Shown here: in pieces, positions 39,968-53,805 of the stretch | How the letters are laid out: every line of letters begins with the position of its first letter | Numbering within the stretch: position 1 is the stretch's first letter | Assembly: GCA_964016885.1 (NCBI GenBank) | Contig: OZ024744.1 | Location: forward strand, 57,164,001-57,228,000 | Length of the DNA stretch: 64,000 nt | DNA from: Eledone cirrhosa | Lineage: Eukaryota | Direction of reading: 5' to 3' | Program-made: the position numbers and the translations under genes | The notes under the pieces: model-generated | What the model was told of the DNA's origin: nothing | What the model saw: the letters and a program-made list of their open reading frames with translations, nothing else | Database searches by the model: none

Positions 39968-40172
39968 ATGAAGATGTGTGGCTTAGTGGTTAGAGAGTTG
40001 GATTCGCAATCATGAGGTTGTGAGTTCAATTCTCAGACCGGGTTATGTGTTACGTACTTGAGCAAGGTACTTTATTTCACGTTGCTCCTTTAGCCAGGAG
40101 TTGCGACCGGTAGATAGTATCAGCAATGGAAAGACCAATGGAAACATTGTTTCCTTGGTTCAATTTGACGAG
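39968..40172 (+). mobile_element. tRNA-headed SINE (third tail type)
   Basis: gtggcttagtggttagag..gagttcaattc..; tail ggaaagaccaatggaaacattg also at 53970-54070 (+) and ~36410-36470 (-). Confidence 0.75.
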
Positions 40173-40264
40173 ATCCACCCCACTTGGCAAGCGAATGAGG
40201 TCTGAGATCTTGTCAATCAATCAGAACCTGCCCGTCCCCTCAATCTATCTTATTTCTCATCCTT

Positions 40265-40300
40265 TCTTCTGATGAAGGACTAGCGTCCGAAACGTTAAGA
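40265..40300 (+). ncRNA. Minimal type I hammerhead ribozyme (Penelope-type)
   Basis: ucuu-CUGAUGA-a-ggac uagc gucc-GAAA-CG-UU-aaga; ~85 nt upstream of (TA)n at 40386-40486. Confidence 0.8.
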
Positions 40301-40380
40301 CCCTCTTCCTGCTATATCAAGCATTAACCTAATATATCCCTTCCATATACTGTACCGATTGTCTTGTTATTTCTGTTTAC

Positions 40381-40830
<450 letters not shown>

Positions 40831-42074
40831 GGTCGGTCATTTTGTCCTTTGTTGGGCAGAGAGGTAGTGATGGGAGCATGTGGGGAAGATATGAGAGCAT
40901 GATGGAAGCAGAACTGTGGGAGCAATTGCAACGATATGTTGCTAGCTGAGTCATCACTTAGAGTTATCACTTAGAGAGGGTGGGAGTGGGAGTGTGAAAG
41001 CAGGTGTTAAGTCATAGAAGTGACTTTGGAGAGTGATGGTTGGCAGTCCAGAGTTAAGTGTGTGGTGGTGAGTAGGCTAAGATACTCCTCTTTATGTGTG
41101 GGTGGCATATTTCACTAAGTGAATGGATGGATGGACAATCAATGAGTGGTAGTGGATTGACAGAGCCCAAACTATGGTTATGAGGGCAGTATGAGGAGGT
41201 GGGTGGGGAAAATTTAAATGGTAAGCAGAGAAATCAATGATGTACGTGGGGGATGGGGAGACAGACCAAAGTGTGCAAAGACAAGTGGAGGAAGGAATGG
41301 CAATATTGGGGTCTTAGATGTTTATATATCACTCATCCTCTACTCTAAAATCCTCTTCTTGCACATTCCAACCTTCTTTCATGAAAAGGCAGGTCTTTTG
41401 TAGCACAGCAAATGGCCAGTCAACTTAGTCAAAGACATGACAACCTCCCTGGTGCTTGAGTCACAATAAAATGCACTTGGTAGAATACAGCAGTGTATCT
41501 AAGTGAGATGAGGGCCCCTTGGCCATCTAAGCACTTGGTAGAGAGTAGGAAAGTAAGTAAGCATGACATAGGCCTCTGGTTCATCAGAGAGGTCTGTAGC
41601 TCCACTTGAGTATTGATTTTATTTGTTATATGTCCAACTCTTGCTAACATGGAAAACATGTTTAACATGCTACTAACATGTTAAACAATAATATTAATGA
41701 TGATGATGATGGTGATGATGATGATGATGATGATGATGATGGGGAGGAGGAGGAGGAGGATGAGGAGAAGGAGAAGGAGAATGAGGGGAGAGAAAGAGAG
41801 GAGGGGCTAACCTAGGAAGACATGGGACTGTGTGGTGAAAACTGACCTCAAGAAGCTGAACTCAGAAAGGAGATGACAAATGTTCGCAATGATTGGCAAC
41901 ATATTGTGCTGGAGAAAACCGTTTCACTGGTGCAAGCAATATATAAAGGCCATTGCCCAGTAGACTTCCATTAAGTCCATACTTCCATCTTGTATCTTAT
42001 TAGCTTCTACCATACAATACTACACCATCATGTAATGGAGGATGACATTTAATCTGTTATTGTTCAATCCTTAG

Positions 42075-42278
42075 AGCGATGGATTGGCAGTCAGACACTC
42101 GGCATAGAGTTATAGCCCTTTATGTTCTGGGTTGAAATGCCGCTGAAGTTAGCTTTGCCTTTCATCCTTACAGGGTTGATAAAATAAAGTACCAGTAATG
42201 TACCGAGGTCAATTTAATCGATTTTCCCTTCCCCTCCAAATTGCTGGCCTTGTGCCAAAAGTAGAAACAGTTATTCAA
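42075..42278 (+). mobile_element. SINE family 1
   Basis: ctttgcctttcatccttacagggttgataaaataaagtaccag..gctggccttgtgccaaaagtagaaac. Confidence 0.85.
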
Positions 42279-42460
42279 TCCTTCCACCACACCCATTAAC
42301 CGTCATTCACTCTCCTCCATATGACACTTAATTGACATCTCCCACTCTTATTACTCATGCTCTCCTTTACCATGACTCAGCTTTATTGCTATCCCTTCAA
42401 GCTGCTCATGCTGTTATCTATTTGGCAATTACCAATGACCAATATGTAGCTACCACCTAG

Positions 42461-42800
42461 GCGCATGGCTGAGTGGTTAGAGCATTGGGCTTGCAATCGA
42501 AAGGTTGTGAGTTCGATTCTCGGACCGGGTGATGTGTTGTGTCCTTGAACAAGACACTTTATTTAAAGTTGCTCCAGTTCACTCAGCTGTAGAAAAAAGT
42601 TGCAATATAACTAGTGCCAAGCTGTATCAGCCATAGCCTTTCCTTTGGACCTCATTGGTGGCATGGAGAGGGGAGACTGGTATGCATGGGCGACTGCTGG
42701 TCTTCCACAAACAACCTTGCCTGGACTTGTACCTCGGAGGGAAATTTTCTAAGTGCAAATCCCATGGTCATTCAAGACTTGAGGGAGTCTTTACCCCTTC
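42461..42800 (+). mobile_element. tRNA-headed SINE with a distinct 3' tail
   Basis: gcatggctgagtggttagag (A box), gagttcgattc (B box), gtgtccttgaacaagacac. Confidence 0.8.
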
Positions 42801-42946
42801 CACCTATCAGTCTTTCTTCCATTACACCCTCTCTTACAAATTTATCATTCGGTTTCTTCCATTACGTTAATATTATTATACTTTCCTTTGCCATAACTCC
42901 CTTTCTATTTACACCCTTGCTAACATTTGCCCTGAAATAACAGACT

Positions 42947-43103
42947 ACTGTGAAATTCTTTTAGAACGAAATTCACTGTAATGAAAAATTCTTTATAACA
43001 AGACCGACCTAACACACCGAGTGTGTGGCCAGGGATTGAAATATATTTTGCTATACTGAAAAATTCGTTACAATGGAATTGTTATAACGGAATTTAACCT
43101 GTA
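42947..43103. mobile_element. Degenerate Tc1/mariner (Tigger/pogo-like) MITE
   Basis: Imperfect TIRs tactgtgaaattc..ttagaac / gttataacggaatttaacctgta. Confidence 0.45.
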
Positions 43104-43689
43104 TATAGAGTAGATAGAAATGTTTAATAATGTAATGGACAAGGCAACCACATCAATATAAAATACACTCAGGACACCCTGTAACGTGATTGGCAATCAA
43201 ATGGAATCAACATAGAGTAGTGTGGGCTCTTCAGTAACAAAATAGACATGAAACTTTCCTAGTGCTAGTGCCATAATAAAATTTACCGAATACAGTAAAG
43301 GAGTTGGTGTTATTAAGGGTGTCCAGCCATAGGAAACATGGCTAAAAGGAAATAAATCAGCAAGTCATGGTCCCCATCAAAAGTTGGCAGGGTGTAGAGT
43401 CAGTAAATCTGAATAAAAACCGACTTGTACCATGACAACCTGTCCAACACATGCCAGCACGTAAAATAGATGTAAGATCATGATGATGTTGATGAAGATG
43501 ATGATCATATGCACACATACACACATTCACACAGAAATACATACATAGTTGTATATATCTACATACATATACATACATATGTATGCACATACATATATAC
43601 ATACATTCATACATGCATACACACACACAAACACACACACACACACATACACATCCACTCCACACACACATACATCCCCCCACCCCACA

Positions 43690-44545
43690 CACACACCAGG
43701 GAAATTGCACAGCACAAACACAATCAATCAACATTAAACATATCATGCTTATCAGCAGAAAGTCGTGCATAGCTATCTTACCAGGAAGCTCCAGAGTGAG
43801 AGTAATATAGGAAAGCAAAGTAGTCTATCTTGGACAACAACCACAATATTGGCTCCTAATTTGAAGGATACGCTTTTGCAATCCAAGAACAGGAAATCCA
43901 TACAAAATATCTGATTCACAAAAGAGACATAATGTAGTGGCCAAAACACTGCACAATGCAATCCGTAGTAAAGATAGCCCTGATAATAAACTCATTAAAA
44001 GCTACAACAATGTGGAAGACATACATTTGAAGGATACGCTTTGAAGGATACGCTTTTGTAATCCAAGAACAGGAAATAACAACGAAATACATGATGCACA
44101 AAAAAGATAGGAATGCAGGCAAAATATCTAGATGTAATAATAGATGCAGACTCTGCAGAATTAACATCGAAGATGTCACTCATGTTATAAGCAGTTGTCC
44201 AAAGATGTCATCGCGGTACTATCTACCTCTGAGGTACGATGTAGTGGCCAAAACACTGTACAATGCAATCCATAGAAAAGAGAGCCCCAACAATAAACAC
44301 ATTAGAAACTACAGCAATGTGGAAGACACACATACATAATACTAAAGGGTACTGGTGGAATGTTCCAGTAAAAACCCCCAATAAGATATAAACATAACAG
44401 ACCAGACATAGTGATATGGGACAGAGAAAAGAAGGCATGCACAGTAGTGGAAGTTAGCTACCCAGCAGATGTTAATATAGCGTTCGAGATAAATGAAAAT
44501 TAAAATATGCCAAATTAATGAGGAATCTGCAGATACTGATACCTG
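43690..44545 (+). mobile_element. R4/RLE LINE family A, decayed fragment with an internal duplication
   Basis: CRLCRINIEDVTHVISSCPKMSSRYYL; ttgaaggatacgcttt occurs three times. Confidence 0.9.
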
Positions 44546-44643
44546 CACACATACATATATAATTAAATATTTGAGGAAAGAGTTTTGTTTCTGGGTTAGA
44601 AACCGGGTCTCTTTCTATTGGTGAGAATCAAAATATATGTATG

Positions 44644-45877
44644 TTCTTCTGGTTTTATAATTTCACAAATGTTTGCCAATAGAGAGAGAGTCGGTTTCTA
44701 ACATAGATACAAGACTCTCTCATTGGAATTTACACATCAACTAGGTAATATGTCTGCATGTCTGCATACATGTGTAGATATGGATGTTATTGTATGTGTG
44801 GATGTGGATGTTTTCAGTTGTATGTGTGCATGTGTATATGCTTTGTATCTGTACATATGTATATGCAGTTATTAGATGCAGAATTTTTGGAATGTTTTAC
44901 ATATTTTTACTGTTCCATTAATGGATTGTACTTATAATTTCCTAACTAGTCGTGTTCTTTCTGTTTCTGTGAAGCCTAGCTTATCGAAATTTGTATTGAG
45001 GCAGTTACTAACATACCCCAGTGCCCCAATAATCACAGGTATAAATCTGAAGGTATAGTCAGGGTAGAGTATCTGCAGATTTCTCATTAGTTCTGCATAA
45101 ATATTCTCCTTTTTGCTAATCTTTGTTAATTATATTGGCATTTGCTGGGCAGCTAATTTCCACTACTGTGCATGCCTTCTTTTCCCTGTCCCATATCATA
45201 ATATCTGGTCTGTTATGCCTGTATTTTATTGGGGATTTTACTGGAACATTCCACCAGTACTCTTTCATATTATGTATATGTATGTCTTCCACATTGTTGT
45301 AGCTTTTAATGAGTTTATTATCAGGGCTATCTTTACTACGGATTGCATTGTACAGTGTTTTGGCCACTACATTATGTCTCTTTTGTGAATCAGATATTTT
45401 GTGTTGATTTCCTGTTTTTGGATTGCAAAAGCGTATCCTTCAAATTGGGAGTCAATATAGCTGTTGTTGGTCCAAGATAGACTACTTTGTTTATCTATAT
45501 TACTCTCACTCTTAATTATTTGCTGCTGATAAGCATGCAGTTTTTCATCCATAGATTCACTGTGGTACTGCTGGGCAACTTCCCTGGGTGTGAGTTTTTG
45601 ATTATCATGCAGGGAATATCTTTCAAGGAGTTCCTTCCCAACTCTCATGATCTTATCTGTCTCATGCAGATAAGCTTGTTCGATAGATGGGCTCATACGC
45701 TTCGAGGTTCGTAAATGTTGTTGGAGGGATATGATGCGACATTCAAATGCTGTCTGGACTGATGTTAGGCTTCTGCCTCCCTGCTTACGTTTCAAGTAAA
45801 GGCGATCTATGTCACTGTTGATGTGAAAGGTTCCGGTGTTGTTTAGTATTTTTCGAGTCCTAACATCAATTGCTCGT
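44644..45877 (-). mobile_element. R4/RLE LINE family A, 3' part with internal deletions
   Basis: ORFs 45116-45367 and 45367-45795 (RHNRPDIMIWD..VVEISCP); TATG repeats at both ends. Confidence 0.9.
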
Positions 45878-45883
45878 ATGTAT

Positions 45884-46190
45884 GTGAAGGGAGTGAAGGA
45901 CCCCTAGCCTTTGTCAGGGCATTCTTCTAGGAGAAGGCAACTCAGGAAACTGCGATAACTCCGATATAAAACCTGCGGCTCAGTAGTTACCGATGATGTT
46001 GATCTTTTCTTCTTTTCGGGTTATAGCTACTGTCGCTCAGAGAGTGGGATTGGCTCAGTGCACAGTCTTTTGTCACTTTAAAAAATATCTTTAGGCACAG
46101 GCATTGCACGATAGAATTAATTAATAAGTATTAATAATGGTATATCGTACAATGGCCATACTCGATAACGAAGGGGCAGCCATCATCATG
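45884..46190 (+). mobile_element. Bipartite non-autonomous RTE derivative (putative 5' UTR joined to 3' tail)
   Basis: 46040-46110 matches 62334-62400; tail caatggccatactcgataacga..gcagccatcatc matches 62205-62247. Confidence 0.65.
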
Positions 46191-46276
46191 TATGTATAAA
46201 TATATGTTGTATATATATGTATGTATGTTTGTACGTATGCATGTATGTATGCATGTATGTATATATATGTATGTAC

Positions 46277-46307
<31 letters not shown>

Positions 46308-46775
46308 TGTATGTATGTATGTATGTATGTATGTATGTATGTATGCATGTGAGTGCATGTATTTATGTATGTATGCATGTATGCATGCATGTATGTATGT
46401 ATGTGTATGCATGAGGGAGGGAGAAGGGGGAGAAAAAGAAATGTACATAAAATACATACATATGTAAGCACATACATACATAAAATACACAAATTACATA
46501 CATACGTATGAAAATACATACACACACAAACATACATACATACATTCATACATACATACATACATACATTCATTCATACATACTTATATATATATACATA
46601 CATTCATACATACACAGATACATATATACATACACACACACACACATACACATATACATACATACATACACACACACATACACACATACATACATACATA
46701 CATACATACATACATACATACATACATACATACATACACACATATATACATACATGCATACATAAGTAAAATACA
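46190..46775. repeat. (TATG)n then (CATA)n microsatellites
   Basis: Read directly. Confidence 0.9.
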
Positions 46776-47388
46776 TATCGGTAGATTGTTTTTGCCAGGA
46801 TATTTAAAGCAATTCTTTTGAGCAAGTTGTTTGATATGGTAGAAGGGGGTGGGGCGTGGGGCAGACATGGGTTACAAGGGGAAAATCTGTGCCAGGTTGT
46901 GAAATACTGAACAATTTTTGGCAGATTCAATATATTGATTTTTGAAAGGAAAATTCTTTTGAGGGGAGATTTATTTGAAAGACATGTGCAATTTTAAATA
47001 ATTGAGAAGCCAATTTTTGTTCAATTTCCCCCTGGGCCAATAATTAAGCTATCCAGAAGTAGTCTTTTAGGCCCCCTGATGTGAGTAAATCAAAAGGAAA
47101 CAAATCTCTGATTTTAAATTCGATAATCATAGGCAGGAAATTAGTAGTGCCTTAAAAAAAAAAAAAAATGAAAATGAAATTTATTCAGGTTTAACTGGCT
47201 TCCTATAAGGTTGTATCTTCTAGGATGTTTCTTGGATGTTTTAATGGTAGTTGACCCCAGTCTTACCATGAAATGAAGCATCTTGTTCAATAATACAATG
47301 TGTCACATAGTAGAGGAATTAAATGGTCTTATCATTGTGAGTCCAACACTCTAACGATTAAGTCATGTATCATTACAAGAGTATTTAA

Positions 47389-47583
47389 CCCTTTAGCATT
47401 TAAACTGGCCGTATCCCAGAATTCTCTCACCTCTTTCTTTTCAAACTGGCCATAACTTGTTGCTCATACTTATGTTAAGCTATTGTTTTCAAAATAATAT
47501 CAACATCTCATATATTCAGTATTATGTGAGGTTTACCACAAAAATACAATAGTATATATAGAGTAATGTAAATGCTATAATGG
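47389..47583. mobile_element. piggyBac-like MITE (TTAA TSD)
   Basis: ttaa|ccctttagcattt...aaatgctataatgg|ttaa; second copy at 50140-50347. Confidence 0.75.
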
Positions 47584-47941
47584 TTAAGGCATCAGATAAA
47601 ATATCTCGGTATATATTCCAGCTCACTGCACGCAGTGTTCAAAATCCATCCAATGTCAGTTTTACCTTTCATTTTTTTGGTAGATAAGGGAAATTGTTAA
47701 AGTGTTGGTCAGGATGCCTTATGGTATCTAATTAAGTTTTGTTCTTTCAGAGTTTAAATCCACCTTACTTCTACCAAGACTTGAGACTGACAGTTGTGAT
47801 TGAAAGCTGTGATTATCAGTAATGGAAAGATAAGTTGAAATATTGCGTCCATGGTCTGATTAAACAATCAGCTCTTTTCTTATTTTTTTTACCGTAATGG
47901 TAGTCAACTTTGGCATCTATGTATGTATGTGCATATGTATG

Positions 47942-49714
47942 ACTTTCTCTTAATTTCGAATACATTTTTGACCGGCCACCTTTCTAGTGACAAGGTTGTA
48001 AAAGCAAAGAAATTGTCATCCCTTGAATCGCAAGAATATTTTGCAAATTTTGAAGGTGCCAGCTATGGCAGCCATTTGTACTCTATGAATTAGGGAGCTA
48101 TGCTCTTTGTCCACAAATCCAAGTTCAGTTATTCTTTGGTCCAAGCGGGTTGGTATATAACCTGTAGCTCCAATAATGATGGGTATGAAGCTGAAGGTGT
48201 ATCTTGGATACTGGATCTGCAAACTCCTCATCAATGGTCCGTAGATGTCCTCCTTCTCTTGTATCTTTCTTACAATGTTGACATCAAGTGGGCAGCTGAT
48301 CTCTACAACAGAGCACGTTTTCAATGTGTGGTCCTAAACAATATCAGGCCAGCTGTGCTGTGTTTTGGTGCAGTTTTTATTTTCAGGTTCCACCAGTATT
48401 CCTTAGTGCCATCTATCTCAACATATTCCTCCTCATTTGTTTTTCATTTTGTTTTCCTAAGTGCGTTCCAGATGGTTCTAGCTATCACATCATGTTTCAT
48501 AGGGAGGCAGTAACGAGACAACATTCTTTCACAGTTGGCAACAATGTGGCTAACATCTTTGATCTTTGTTTTACATAGCCTACATTTATTGTCCACTGAT
48601 GGCCCTCCTATTTTGTGTAGCAGATATTTGGTCAGGATTTCTTGTTCCTATATTGCATAAAGATATCCTTCAAGGTGGGATCTCATAAACTTGTCGGAAA
48701 TCCATGCCTGACTTTTTGAATGCTTTATCCCCTCTATGGTCTGTGATTTTCATCTCAGGTACCAATGCACAACTTTCTCTGTAAATTGGTCCATTTTTTT
48801 ATCTTGTTCGAGCATTGAATAGAATCTTCCAATGTCCCTGGGAGAGAGATTTATATCAGGCCTTATTCCATATCTTTCCTCCAGATCAGTGGCTATCCTA
48901 ATGATATTATTTCCTTTATGAGGGCGGTGGATTGGCAGTATTGGTAGAGGGTCGGACGCCATGCTTTCCAGCATAGTTACGTCCCTTTACGGTCTGAGTT
49001 CAAATCCCGCCGAGGTTAACTTTGCCTTTCATCCTTACGGGGTCGATAAAATAAAGTACCAGTAATGTACTGGGTAATTGATGGCCTTGTGCCAAATGTA
49101 GAAACAATTATTTCCTTTATGCTCATAAATCTGGGCAAGATATTTGCTGACCTTTTTCTTCAGCCAGTATCCTATAAGGAGGTCTGGGCTTGGTGATTTC
49201 TTATTCAACATTTTCTGTAGAGCTGTTTCCAGTATTGAACCATCTATGTTATATTGTTTTGTCTGGACATGCTGGTAGTATTCCTGTTCCAGTTCTTTTA
49301 GCCATTTAGTTTGTTTGTTAAATCCGTCATTTGTTTCCTATACAGATCTCCAGTAGCTCTCAACCTGTTCTTTTATACAGAGATTGAGCTTTTTACAGAG
49401 ATTGAGCTTTTCCCATTGAAGCTGCGATAAACTGATTTAGGATCTCTGGCAAATAATCTATTTAGCACTTGCTATTTATGTGCTGTTGACTTATATTTTA
49501 GTCTTTCTGCGGCAGCTGTGAGTTGTTGTTTCAACTGGTGTAGTTTGGAGTTTAAATTTTTTATGAATTTATATATGTATGTGTCTACCACTACAACTCC
49601 ATGTCCACTGTCCAACATTCCAGCCAACTCAATTGCATCACTGCTATACTTACTGAATTGAATGATGTAATTGTGGTGACTTGTGTACAGGTCAGAATTG
49701 GTCTTAGTGATCAT
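47942..49714 (-). mobile_element. R4/RLE LINE family B, older copy with the RT core deleted, interrupted by a SINE
   Basis: Colinear with 54835-55860; jumps near 49160 to the NKKSPSPDLLIGYWLK pre-RT motif; TATG at its 3' end. Confidence 0.85.
48921..49106 (+). mobile_element. Young SINE family 1 with a 15-bp TSD
   Basis: attatttcctttatg at 48906-48920 and 49107-49121. Confidence 0.92.
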
Positions 49715-50139
49715 TTCCGGGGGAAGGGAGAGTGGTAATTTCCAGAGTAGTCTAAAACTAGTGGTTCTTCATTTAAACTCCCTCACAACAACTGCCTCTC
49801 AATCTTTAGAGTTCTCCCAGGACCATCTCTCGAAGGTGATCCGTTAAGTTAGAGGATAAGTGCTCATTTTCCAACTAAGAAACTCTACTCCAAATGTTAC
49901 AAGCATTTGTCTCCTAATCTAATTCGGCAACCTATTCCAACCTCTTTCTTTGTCAGTTCTCAGTGTTTCTTGCACACCTCATACCCTTGCCTATGGGGAC
50001 CTCTGAGTTATGTGCATTTGCGCATACATCACTTATATACCTACTCACACCGGCGTTCTAACAGACTGGTCGTTTGAACTTCCTCTCACAATATTTCACA
50101 CTAACCACCTCTTTTTTCTAACTTGCACCACATCCTTAA

Positions 50140-50347
50140 CCCCTTAGCATTCAAATCGGCCATATCTGGCCAGAATTCTTTCACCTCTTTTTGTTCAAAC
50201 TGGCTGAAACTGGTCGCTCATACTGACATTAAGGTATTATTCTCAAAATAAATAATATCAAAATCTCGTAGATTCAATATTATGTGAGATAAAGCCTTTA
50301 TTGTGAAAATACAATCGTAAATATAGAGTAATGTAAATGCTAAAAGG
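50140..50347. mobile_element. piggyBac-like MITE (TTAA TSD)
   Basis: ttaa|ccccttagcatt...aatgctaaaagg|ttaa. Confidence 0.8.
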
Positions 50348-50379
50348 TTAAAATGTTGTCAGTTAACTGCTACATCGAC

Positions 50380-50690
50380 GTGTGGCTTTGTGGTGAGGAC
50401 ATTCAGCTCGAAATTGTAAGGTCGTGAGTTCGGTAACACATTGAGTCCTGGAGCAAGACACTTTATTTCACGTTGCTCCAATCCACTCAGCTGGTAAAAA
50501 TAAGTTGTACCTGTAATTCAAAAGGCTAGCCTTTTCACATTCGATGTCATGCTGAATCTCTCTGAGGACTATGTTAAGGGTACATGTCTGTGGAATGCTC
50601 AGCCACATGCACGTTAATTTCACGAGCAGGTTGTTCCATTGATTGGATTAACTGGAACACTTGTTATCGTAACTGATGGAGTGCCAGTAG
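50380..50690 (+). mobile_element. SINE family 2
   Basis: Colinear with 35608-35930. Confidence 0.85.
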
Positions 50691-50762
50691 TACAATACTA
50701 CATAGACTACTACTTATGTATATATATATGAAAGAGAACTTTTTTCGCTCTACATGGCTGAA

Positions 50763-51218
50763 TACAATAAATGTAATCTGAGTTTTTCGAATATTAATAA
50801 TTGTTTCTACTTTAGGCACAAGGCCAGCAATTACTCAGTACATTACTGGTACTTTATTTTATCGACCCCGTAAGGATGAAAGGCAAAGTTAACCTCGGCG
50901 GGTTTTGAACTCAGACCGTAAAGGGCCGTAACTATGCTAGAAAGCATGGCGTCCAACCCTCAACCGATACTGCCAATTCACCGCAATTTTTCGAATATTA
51001 ATAATAGCATTCAATTCGTTTGCAATTATGCAAACAAGCCTCAATTTTATAGCCATGTCAGTAGAATGAACCCTTTATTCTTGCTGTTGTGTTGGCAAGA
51101 GCAAGAATGAAGGGTTCATTCTACTGACATGGCTATAAAACTGAGGTTTGTTTGCATAATTGCAAACGAATTGAATGCTATTATTAATATTCGAAAAACT
51201 CAGATTACATTTATTGTA
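50763..51218. repeat. ~120-bp-arm palindrome between TA tracts; left arm split by a SINE
   Basis: Left arm 50763-50801 plus 51006-51085; loop 51086-51099; right arm 51100-51218. Confidence 0.85.
50802..50986 (-). mobile_element. Young SINE family 1 with a 19-bp TSD
   Basis: tttttcgaatattaataat at 50783-50801 and 50987-51005. Confidence 0.92.
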
Positions 51219-51765
51219 TATATATGTATATATGTATGTATGTATACATGTATGTATACATGTATGTATGGATGTATGTATTATGTATGTATAGATGTAT
51301 GTATACATGTATGTATGGATGTCTGTATGTATGTCTGTATGTATGTATATATATATATGTATGTGTGTGTGTGTGTATGTATATATGTATGTATGTTCTA
51401 TATAAGTGTGAGTCTGTAGCTATTTGCTACAGAAAGAACAAAGACTATATAGTGACATAGAAAATGGGTTAAACTGTTATTTATGACCAAGTATGTCTGT
51501 ATATATATATACTTTGTTACATAGTTGGCATTGCTCAGATCATTTCTTTCATATGGACTATGAACTATGCATACATACATACATACATACATACATACAT
51601 ACATACATACATACATACATACATACATACATACATACATACATACGTACATATATACATACATACATACATACATACATACATACATACATACATACGT
51701 ACATATATACATACATACATACATACATACATACATACGTACATATATACATACATACATACATA

Positions 51766-52738
51766 AATTCAGCAAAAAATCATGCATGGATATGTTGCCA
51801 GGAAGCTCCAGAGTGAGAGTAATATAGATAAGAAAAGTAGTTTATCTTGGACCAACAACCGCTATATTGGCTCCCACTTTGAAGGATACGCTTTTGCAAT
51901 CCAGGAACAGGAGATTAGCACGAAATACCTGATTCACAAAAGAGATAGGGATGCAGGCAAAACACCTAGATGTGATAACAAGTGCAGACTCTGCAGAACT
52001 AACATCGAGGATTTCACCCATGTCATCAGCAGCTCTCCAAAGATGTCATCGCGGTACTATCTACCTATGAGGCATGATGTAGTGGCCAAAACACTGTACA
52101 ATGCAGTTCGTAAAAAAGATAGCCCCGATAATAAACACATTAAAAGCTACAGCAATGTGGAAGACATTCATGTACATAATATGAAAGAGTACTGGTGGAA
52201 TGTTCCAGTAAAAACCCCAATAAAATGCAGGCATAACAGACCAGATATTATGATATGAGACAGGGAGAAGAAAACATGCACAGTAGCGGAAATTAGCTGC
52301 CCAGCAGATGCCAATATAATATCAAAGATTAGCAAAAAGGAGAATATTTATGCAGAACTGATGAGAAATCTGCAGATACTCCACCCTGATTACACCATCA
52401 GATTTATGCCTGTGATTATTGGGGCACTGGGATATGTTAGTAACTGCCTCAATACAAATCTTAAGAAGCTAGGCTTCACAGGAACAGAAAGAACACGACT
52501 AGTACAATCCATTAATGGAACAGTAAAAATATGTAAAACATTCCAAAAATTTTGCATCTAATAACTGCATATACACATGTACATACACAAAGCATATACA
52601 CATACCCACATACAACTCAAAACATCCACATCCACACATACAATAACATCCATATCTACACATGCATGCATACATACATATCTACCTAGTTGATGTTGTG
52701 TAAATTCCAATGAGAGAGTCTTGTGTCTATGTTAGAAA
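51766..52738 (+). mobile_element. R4/RLE LINE family A 3' fragment following (CATA)n
   Basis: ORFs 51782-52258 and 52361-52561; 3' UTR cut at ~52738. Confidence 0.92.
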
Positions 52739-53672
52739 TTGTTATGCAGCTGTCATCCTTCATATGCATCACATGTCCATACCAACGCAACCTCCTCTCC
52801 TGCACACAGCATTTGATTCCTCTTATACTCAGTCTCTCTCTCAATTCGTTTATGCTTTGCCATTCGCGTATATTACTATTACACATCCATCGGAGCATGC
52901 AGGCTTCGTTTCTTTCTAATCTACGTAAGTCTTCTACAGACAGCGCCCAGGTCTCACTACCATGTAACATTGCTGTTTGTATACACGCATCATTGCTGTT
53001 TGTATACACGCATCATTGCTGTTTGTATACACGCATCATACAGTCTGCCCTTCATTTTGAGGGAAAAGCCTTTTGTTTCCATCCCGTCCTTACCCTAGTT
53101 ATTGTACTTTCCGAACACCCACCTCTACGGCTAATTTGGTCACCTAGGTAGCAGAAGCTGTCTACTGTTTCTACAGAGCCCTCCCAGAGTTTGGTGGTAC
53201 TTGTTTCCTGTGGCTGTTTGCTTCCTGAGATCCCGCTACATCTCTTGTGTACCCATTGTTTGCATTTGGGGCAGAGAATGGAGTTCCTACCTACACCTTT
53301 CCTACATACTGAGCAAGGCCATTTCCCTGAGGGGATCTGGGTTCTGTTTTCTCGTCTACTTACAAGGACCTTAGTCTTTGTCAGGTTGACTTTGAGACCC
53401 CTTCTTTCTAGTCCCTGCTTCAATGTTTGGAATTTCTTCTCTAGTTCTACCATAGATTCAGCTATAAGTGCGAGGTCATCTGCATACAGGAGTTCCCATG
53501 GGCATCCGGTCTTAAACTCCTCCGTTATTGCCTGCAAAACTATGATGAACAGGAGTGGGCTAAGAACAGAGCCCTGGTGGACACCAACCTGTATGCTAAA
53601 TTCCTCGTTATAGACATTGCTAATCCTAACTTTGCTGACTGCTCCTCTATACATGGCTGGTACAGCTTTCAC
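52739..53672 (-). mobile_element. RTE LINE RT fragment
   Basis: GVHQGSVLSPLLF..ELLYADDL..CSVCRKGVGRNSILCPKCKQWVHKRC..YLG. Confidence 0.92.
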
Positions 53673-53752
53673 ACACATATATATATTTATTAAAATAACA
53701 GATTAAAGTTTAAGCAAAGAATCGCTGCTTTCACTCTTAATGGGATCTCCTT

Positions 53753-53805
53753 AAGTTTCAGAAGATCCCGTTAAGGGTGAAAGCAGCGATTCTTTGCTTA
53801 AACTT
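53753..53805 (+). ncRNA. Type I hammerhead ribozyme, U4A variant, in a fold-back palindrome (53683-53828)
   Basis: aaguuu-CAGAAGA-u ccc guuaa ggg u-GAAA-gca..ugc-UU-aaacuu; flanked by TA tracts. Confidence 0.6.

Noticed and set aside
42461-42530. tRNA genes at SINE heads (also 35608, 37787, 39968, 48921)
   Set aside because: A and B boxes are present but run into SINE bodies and lack a full cloverleaf
51095-51160. Hammerhead in the right arm of the 51-kb palindrome
   Set aside because: At least three core mismatches and weak stems
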